The notes under the pieces were generated by a model, which saw only the letters and a program-made list of their open reading frames with translations, was not told where the DNA came from and made no database searches. A stretch of DNA of 64,000 nt from Prionailurus viverrinus (Eukaryota), in contig NC_062576.1 in assembly GCF_022837055.1 (NCBI RefSeq), positions 18,350,144-18,414,143 of the forward strand, given 5' to 3'. The position numbers and the translations under genes are program-made. Every line of letters starts with the position of its first letter. Within the stretch, counting starts at the first letter, position 1. This document shows positions 57,515 through 64,000 of this stretch, in pieces.

Positions 57515-58924
57515 AAAAAACACCCCCCCAAAAAAACACCTATCTGACTCCCTTATTTAAAGTGACCCATCTCTTATTCCCTGTATCTTCATATTCATTT
57601 CCTTCACATCCATTTCAAAATTACTTGTTAATGGTCTATCTTTCTCACTACAATGGAAGCTTTATGAGGTCTGGAGCATTATCGAACTTGTTCCCCACTA
57701 TAATCCTAGCATCCAGGCACATAGGGTTGCTCTGTAAATTTTTGTAGAATGAATGCAGGTGGAAAAGGAGAGAAAGATGTTGGAGAAAGCACTGAGGAGT
57801 TGAGAGGGGATCTGGAGCACAATGAGGGGATTGGCCTTGGGCTGGATGAGGGACACATACATGCTCCTCTGTGACAGAGTCAAGGAGAAAAGCTTAGGTG
57901 GGTATGCAGGCAAGTGTGTTTGTGGGGTATGGTGGGTGTGTGGCAAGGGCATGGAGTCCAAGGGTTTCATGGTTGATGGCTTCTTTCTGGTCACCTGTTG
58001 ACAACTCAGATGGAAGTTTCAGAGGTTGGGTAAAGGATCTGAAGGAGAGTGGGAGAGCCTTGGAACAGTTACTGAGGAGAATGGGAGAGGGAACTCCCCA
58101 ACATTTTGAGACTACCACATGCCAGCTACCAGATGAGTGTTGAAGTATAAGAGATAAGGAGGATGTGAAACAGTCTTTGCTTTCAGGAATTTGCAACTCA
58201 AAGGAGACTTTCTACAAGAAAGTTGGAATGCAGGATGCTGTGTATTGTAATGGATGGAGTGTTGCAGAGAGGCATGATGAGGGTGGGGACTCTTGAGAGT
58301 AGGAAAAAAACATTACAGAGGTTGTGCCCTTAGAGGTTGGTCTTGAAGAAAGAAAGTGTGTACCAGGTAGAAGTAAGTAAGTGTGTTCCAGGAAGACAGA
58401 ACAGTGCTGGCCAAAAGTATGGTGGTGGGGAATAGCAGAACTGCAAGACGTTTATGTGGCTGGAGTGGAAAATGGAAGGCGTTGTTGGAAAGCAGGGTTG
58501 AGGCTAGGTTGTAAAGGATCTTATATGTACCAGGAATTAGAACTTTCTCCTGGAGTCAGCAAAGGTCTTTAGCAGAGCAGTGGAATCTTGGGATTGTTCT
58601 TTTAGGAAGCTAACCCAGTAGGCAATGTGGCTGATTGTTTGAAGGGAGGAGAAACTGGAGGCAGTGAGAAGGGTGAGGAGACACCTGGCTGCTGTAGTCC
58701 CAATGAGAGCTGATGACAGCCTCAAGAAATCAAAGGCAGTAGGCATGGAGAGAAGGGGAGGGATTCCAGTTTTGATGATGGATGGAGTGTGGGGGGTGAG
58801 GGGGAGGGTGGCGTCAAGGTTGACTCAGAGGTTTCTTGCTTTGGAGACTGGGTAGATAATGATACTGTTACTTGAGATGAAGATACAGTAAGAGAGCAAA
58901 AGTAATAAGCTCAGTTTTTTAAAA

Positions 58925-60290
58925 AATTATGGTAAAATACATATAACATACAATTTTAACCATTTTAAAGGGCATAATCTGTGGCATTAAGTACATTTAC
59001 AATGTTGTGCAATCATTACCTCTATCTAATTCCAACATATTTTCATCACCCTAGGGGAAATCCCACATCCATTAAACTGTTATTCCCTAGACCCCTTCTG
59101 CCTAGCCTCTGGCAACCACTTGTCTACTTTCTGTCTCTATGGCTTTGCCTCTTCTGGACATTTCATATAAATGGAATCATACAATATGTGACCTTTTGTG
59201 CCTGGCCTCTTTCACTCAGCATAACGTTTTCAGGGTTCATCCATGTTGTGTCACATGTCAGTACTTCATTCTTTATTTCCCCATCTTTTTTATTGTGTTA
59301 AAAGATATGTAACATAAAGTTTACCATTTTATCCATCTTTAAGGGCAAGGTTCAGTGGCATTATGTACATTCACATTGTGTAACCACCACCACTGTCCAC
59401 CTCCAGAACTTTTTTCATTTTCCCAAACGGAAACTATACCCATTGAAAATGACTCCCCATTCTCCTTTCCCTCGAGCCCCTAGCAACACCATTCTACTTT
59501 CTGTCTCTATGAATTTGGCTACTCTAGTACCTCATATACGTGGAACCATACAGTATGCGTCTTTTTGTGACTAGCTCATTTCACTTAGCATAATGTTCTC
59601 GGGGTGCATCCATGTTGCAGTCTGCGGCAGAATACCCTTCCTTTTTAAGGCTAAATAGTATTCCATTTTCTATATCCATCATATTTTGTTTATCCATTCA
59701 TCTGCTGATAGACATGTGGGTTATTTCCACCTTTTGGCCATTATGAATAGAAACACTGTGAACATTAGTGTACAGATTTTTGTCTGAACACCTGTTTTCA
59801 ACCTTGGGGGGTATATGCTTAGGAGTGGATTTGCTGGGTCATATGGTAGTTGTATGTTTAATTTGTTGAGTAACTTCCTCAGTGGCTTCACCGTTTTACA
59901 TTCCTACTAGCCATGTACAAGGTTCCAAAATCTCTACATCCTCACCAACATGTGTTATTTCCCTTTTATTATTACTATTATTATCATTATTATTATTATT
60001 ATGGCCATCCTAGTGAATGTGAAGTATTATCTCATTGTGATTTTGATTTGCATCTCCCTAATGACTAATGATGCTGAGCATCTTTTCACATGCTTATTGG
60101 TCATTTGTATATCTCCTCTGGAGAAATGTCTATTCAAACCCTTTGCCCATTTTAAAAGTTGGGCTGTTTTTTGCTGTTGTTGAGTTGTTAGGAGTTCTTT
60201 ATATATCCTATATTAACCCCTTATCAGATACATGATTTGCAAATATTTTCTCCTGTGGGTTTTCTTTGCACTCTCTTGGTGGTGTTCTTG
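58925..60290 (-). mobile_element. Two adjacent LINE-1 3'-region fragments in the same (minus) orientation (about 58925-59290 and 59290-60290). The second contains an (ATT)n run at about 59966-60000.
   Basis: Both blocks carry the diverged homologous strings ...actttctgtctctatggctttgcctcttctggacatttcatataaatggaatcatacaatatgtgacc... and ...actttctgtctctatgaatttggctactctagtacctcatatacgtggaaccatacagtatgcgtc...; the second continues into ...ttagcataatgttctcggggtgcatccatgttgcagtc... Confidence 0.75.
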
Positions 60291-60326
60291 AATACACAAA
60301 ACTTTTAAATTAAAAAAAAGTTTATT

Positions 60327-60533
60327 GGGGCGCCTGGGTGGCGCAGTCGGTTAAGGGTCCGACTTCAGCCAGGTCACGATCTCGCGGTCCGTGAGTTCGA
60401 GCCCCGCGTCGGGCTCTGGGCTGATGGCTCGGAGCCTGGAGCCTGTTTCCGGTTCTGTGTCTCCCTCTCTCTCTGCCCCTCCCCCGTTCATGCTCTGTCT
60501 CTCTCTGTCCCAAAAAAAAAAAAAAAAAAAAAA
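60327..60533 (+). mobile_element. Young near-consensus felid SINE (SINEC_Fc) with an A23 tail. It is nearly identical to the copy at 25476-25680.
   Basis: tggggcgcctgggtggcgcagtcggttaagggtccgacttcagccaggtcacgatctcgcggtccgtgagttcgagccccgcgtcgggctctgggctgatggctcggagcctggagcctgtttccggttctgtgtctccctctctctctgcccctcccccgttcatgctctgtctctctctgtccc + A23. Confidence 0.9.
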
Positions 60534-60535
60534 AG

Positions 60536-60773
60536 TTTATTTTGAGAAAGAGAGAGAGTATGCACATGTGCACGTGAGTGGGGGAGGTGCAGAGAGAGAG
60601 GGAGGGAGGGAGGGAGGGAGGGAGGGAGGGAGGGAAAGGGAAAATCCCAAGCAGTTTCCATGTTGTCAGTGCAGATCTTGATGTGGGCCTCAATCCCACA
60701 ACCACAAGATCATGACCTGAGCTGAAATCTGGAGTCAGGTGTTTAACTGACTGAGCCACCCAGGTGCCCCACA
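60536..60773 (-). mobile_element. Older CAN-SINE with an internal (GGGA)11 tract. It abuts the young SINE tail-to-tail.
   Basis: ...gagggagggagggagggagggagggagggagggaaagggaaaatcccaagcagtttccatgttgtcagtgcagatcttgatgtgggcctcaatcccacaaccacaagatcatgacctgagctgaaatctggagtcaggtgtttaactgactgagccacccaggtgcccc. Confidence 0.85.
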
Positions 60774-60789
60774 AAATATTCAAATTTTG

Positions 60790-61896
60790 ATGAAGCCCAA
60801 TTTATCTTTAAAAAAAAAAATGTGTTGCCTTGCTGTTGGTGTTATACTCAAGAAATCATTGACAAATATAATACCACAAAGATTCCCTCCTATTTTTTTC
60901 TGAGATTTTTATAGTTTTAGCACTTAAATTTAGATCTTTGATCCATTTGAGTTAACTTTTGTGCATGGTGTAAAATAAGGGTCCAACATTATTCTTTTGC
61001 ATGTGGAGATCAAGTTTTCCTCTCCCCACTTACCAAAGGTTGGTCCTTTGTCCATTGAATGGCCTTGGCTCCCTTGTTGCAAATCAATTGAACATGTATG
61101 TAAAGGTTTCTGGGTTCTTTATTCTATTCCGCTGGTTTATCTGTCTATCCTTATGCCAGTACCACACTGTTTTGATGACTGTACCTTTGTAGTATGTTTG
61201 GAAACCAGGACAGCGAATCCTTCAACTTTGTTCTTTCCTTTTTTTTTTTTTTTTTTTCAAGACAGTTTTGGCTATTTGGGGTCCATTGAGAGTCCATATG
61301 AATTTTAAGATAGGTTTTTCTATTTCTCTAAAGAATGCCATTAGGATTTGGTAGGGACTGAATCTGGGGGTTGCTTTGGGTAATATTGTCATCTTCACAA
61401 TATTAAGTCTTCCAATCTATGAACAGGGGATGTTCTTAGGTCTCCTTAAATTCTTTCAGAAATATTTTGTAGTTTTCAGTATATGGTCTTTGACCTCCTT
61501 GGTTAAATTTATTCCTAAGAATTTTTTGGATGCTATTTCAAGTGGAATCATTTTTTTTTAATTTCTTTTTCAGATTGTTTGTTGCAAATATGTAGAAATA
61601 CAACTGATTTTTATGTGTTTTTATATACTGCAACTTTGCTGAATTCATTTATTAGCTCCTAAAATTTTTTGTAGTCATCTGTAGGAAGACATAAATTTAC
61701 TTTTTACATTCCAACATGGAAGTATTTTGCTTCTTTTTCTTGCTTAATTGCTCTGGCTAGGGCTTCCAGTGTGTGTTGAAAAGTAGTGGCCAAAGTAAGC
61801 ATCCTTGTCTTGTTCCTGATCTTAGGGGAAATCTTTCAGTCTTTTACCACTGAGCATATTGTTAGCTGTGGGTTATTCTTCTATGACCTTTATAAT
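60790..61896 (-). mobile_element. LINE-1 ORF2-region fragment, minus orientation.
   Basis: gggtccaacattattcttttgcatgtggagatcaagttttcc is the reverse complement of the L1 ORF2 sequence ggaaaacttgatctccacatgcaaaagaat...ggaccc. Track ORFs 60997..61308(+) and others are antisense noise. Confidence 0.8.
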
Positions 61897-62085
61897 TTTT
61901 TTGATGTTTATTTATTTTTGAGGGGTGGGGAGGGACAGAAAGAGAAAGAGACACAGAATCCGAAGCAGGCTCCGGGCTCTGAGCTGTCAGCACAGAGCCT
62001 GACTTGGGGCTCGAACTCATGAAGCATGAGATCATGACCTGAGCTGAAGTCGGAGGCTTAACCAACTGAGCTACCCAGATGCCCC
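61897..62085 (-). mobile_element. CAN-SINE.
   Basis: ...cagcacagagcctgacttggggctcgaactcatgaagcatgagatcatgacctgagctgaagtcggaggcttaaccaactgagctacccagatgcccc. Confidence 0.85.
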
Positions 62086-62089
62086 GTTC

Positions 62090-63040
62090 TTTTTTTTTTA
62101 TTATTTAAATTCTAGTTAACATATAGTGTAGTATTGGTTTCAGGAGTAGAATTTAATGATTCATCACTTACATATAACACCCAGTGCTCATCACAAGTGC
62201 CTTCCTTAATGCCCATCACCCATTTAGCCCCTCTCTCTACCCACTTCCCCTCCAGCAACCCTTAGTTTCTTCTCTGTATTTAAGAGTCTCTTATGGTTTG
62301 CCTCCCTTTTTGTTTTTATCTTATTTTATTTTTCCATCTCTTCCCCTATGTTCATCTGTTTTGTTTCTTAAATTCCACATATAAGTGAAATCATATATTT
62401 GTCTTTCTCTGACTGACTTACTTTGCTTAGCATAATACACTCTAGTTCCATCCTATTTATACTTTATATTTGTATATTTGTATCTATTTATTTAATGTGG
62501 TATATTACATTGATCAATTTTTGTATGTTGAACCACCCTTACATTCCTGGGATAAATCCAAATTGGTTATGGTATATAATCCTTTTAATATGCTGCTGGA
62601 TTCGATTTGCTAGTGTTTTGTTGAGGGTATTTGCATCATTATTCAAAAGTAATATTAGTCTGTAGTTTTCTTGTGATGCCTTTGTCTGGTTTTGGTATCA
62701 GGGTAAAGCTGGCCTCACAGAAAGAGTTAGGAAGTGTTCTCTCCTCTTCTCTTTCTGAAGGATTGGTGTTCATTCTTCATTAAATGTTTGGTAACATTCA
62801 CCAGCGAGGCCATCTGGTCCTGGGATTTTCTTTGTGGGGAGGTTTTACTTTTTTTTTAATTACCAATTCAGTCTGTTATAGTTCTGTTCAGATTTTCTAT
62901 TTCTTTTTCATCAATTTTGATAATTTGTATTTCCAGTAATTAATCCATTTCATCTAGGTTTTCTAATTTGTTACTGTACAATTGTTTGTAGTATTCTCAT
63001 AATCTTTTTTCTTTATTTTTTAAAAGTTTGTTTAAATGAT
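62090..63040 (-). mobile_element. Carnivore LINE-1 3' end (3'UTR/ORF2 end at 62090-62460) joined to an internal ORF2 piece (62460-63040), minus orientation. It is rearranged or deleted relative to a full-length element.
   Basis: attctagttaacatatagtgtagtattggtttcaggagtagaatttaatgattcatcacttacatataacacccagtgctcatcacaagtgccttccttaatgcccatcacccatt is the reverse complement of the carnivore L1 3' end. ttttggtatcagggtaaagctggcctcacagaaagagttagg is the antisense of the L1 ORF2 middle. Confidence 0.75.
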
Positions 63041-63049
63041 CTCTATACA

Positions 63050-63121
63050 CAACATGGGGCTCGAACTCACAACCCCAAGATCAAGAGTCGCATGTTCTTC
63101 TGACCAAGCAACCAGGTGCCC
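63050..63121 (-). mobile_element. Truncated CAN-SINE head fragment.
   Basis: ggggctcgaactcacaaccccaagatcaagagtcgcatgttcttctgaccaagcaaccaggtgcccc. Confidence 0.65.
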
Positions 63122-63519
63122 CTTTTTTCTTTCTGTAAGATTGCCAATAATGTCCCCACTGTCATTTTTTGTTAGTAATTTGAGTCGTGTCTCTCTTTTT
63201 TTCCCCCTTAGTCAATTTAGCTAAAGGTTTGTCAATTTTGTTAAACTTTTCAAAGAACCAACTTATGTATTCATTGTTTTTCTCTATTGTTTTCTATTCT
63301 CTATTTTATCTCCACTCTAAAATTTATTAACTCCTTCTTTTTTTTAGATTTGTGCTTGGTTTGCTTTCCTTTTTCTAGTTTCTTTAGGTATTAAAATAGG
63401 TCATTAATTTGAGAACTTTTTTTTTTTTTACTGTAGGTAGGTGTTTACAACTATAAATTTTCCTCTGAGCACTGCTTTCTCTGCATCCCTTATGGGAGAT
63501 GTAAAACTTAAATTTTGAA

Positions 63520-63660
63520 ATACATATATATATATTTCCATATATATATATTTCCATATATATATTTCCATGTATATATCTCCATATATATATCTCCATA
63601 TATATATTTCCATATATATATTTATTTCCATATATATTTGGGAATATATTTCCATATATT
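63520..63660 (+). repeat. Minisatellite with a 12-14-bp unit, (ATATATATTTCC)n.
   Basis: The units catatatatatatttc / catatatatatttc / catgtatatatctc / catatatatatctc are tandemly repeated about 10 times. This accounts for the Y/I/M-rich ORFs at 63384..63677 and 63515..63745. Confidence 0.9.
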
Positions 63661-64000
63661 TTTTCATTTTCATTCATCTGAAAGTATTCTAATTTCTCTT
63701 GTCATTTCTTCTTTGAATAATTGGTTATTTGTGTGTGTTGTTTAATTTCCACACATTTGCGAATTTTCCAGTTTTCTTCTTGTTATTGATTTCTAGTTTT
63801 ATTCCACTGTGGTTGGAGGATATACTTTGTATGATCCTAATCTTTTACATTTGTTGAGATTCGTTTTGTGACCTAATATACAGTCTATCCTGGAGAATCT
63901 TACACGTGCACTTGAGGAGAATGTATTCTACTATTGTTGGGTAGAATGTCTCAATGTGTGTTGGATTTAATTGTTAAATTAAAACGCTGTTCAAATTCTC

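Noticed and set aside
35000-64000. A possible additional protein-coding gene, such as TMEM219, in the distal half of the window.
   Set aside because: No ORF here shows exon-like features or a recognisable protein. The region is dominated by SINE and L1 fragments, which is consistent with the approximately 35-kb intergenic gap known between KCTD13 and TMEM219 in human. Non-coding RNA genes cannot be excluded from sequence alone.

Overview
This window is not prokaryotic. It is mammalian nuclear DNA, almost certainly from a felid or other feliform carnivore. The evidence is about 30 copies of the tRNA-Lys-derived carnivore CAN-SINE of the cat SINEC_Fc type (consensus-like ggggcgcctgggtggctcagtcggttaagcgtccgacttcggctcaggtcatgatctc...), together with LINE-1 fragments, MIR elements and many microsatellites. 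The gene content corresponds to the core of the human 16p11.2 interval. SEZ6L2 lies on the minus strand as 13 coding exons (1-15661); its 3' end runs off the window start. ASPHD1 lies on the plus strand as 3 coding exons (17781-20663). KCTD13 lies on the minus strand as 6 coding exons (21549-34112). The order and orientation match human: SEZ6L2 and ASPHD1 are head-to-head and share a CpG-island bidirectional promoter, and ASPHD1 and KCTD13 are tail-to-tail. The exon models rest on translated exons matching the human proteins as I recall them, canonical GT/AG splice sites and intron-phase bookkeeping; coordinates may be off by 1-2 nt because they were counted by hand. From 34.7 kb to 64 kb the window is a gene-poor, repeat-dense stretch of SINEs and L1 fragments, most plausibly the interval toward TMEM219, which is not reached. 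There are no CRISPR arrays, operons, tRNA or rRNA genes, and no novel defence-like system. Most ORFs in the supplied six-frame track are artefacts: the track uses TTG/GTG/CTG starts, and the ORFs are translations of SINEs, GA/CT microsatellites, CpG islands or the antisense strand of real exons. Secondary features worth a second look include a roughly 550-bp polypurine tract with a (GA)20 core just upstream of the ASPHD1 ATG, and a G-quadruplex-prone tract in the convergent ASPHD1/KCTD13 3' region. There is also a C14 polypyrimidine tract at the SEZ6L2 exon 7 acceptor. Others are two nearly identical very young SINE copies, one SINE inserted into another, SINEs with intact target-site duplications, and a 12-14-bp-unit minisatellite at the window end.
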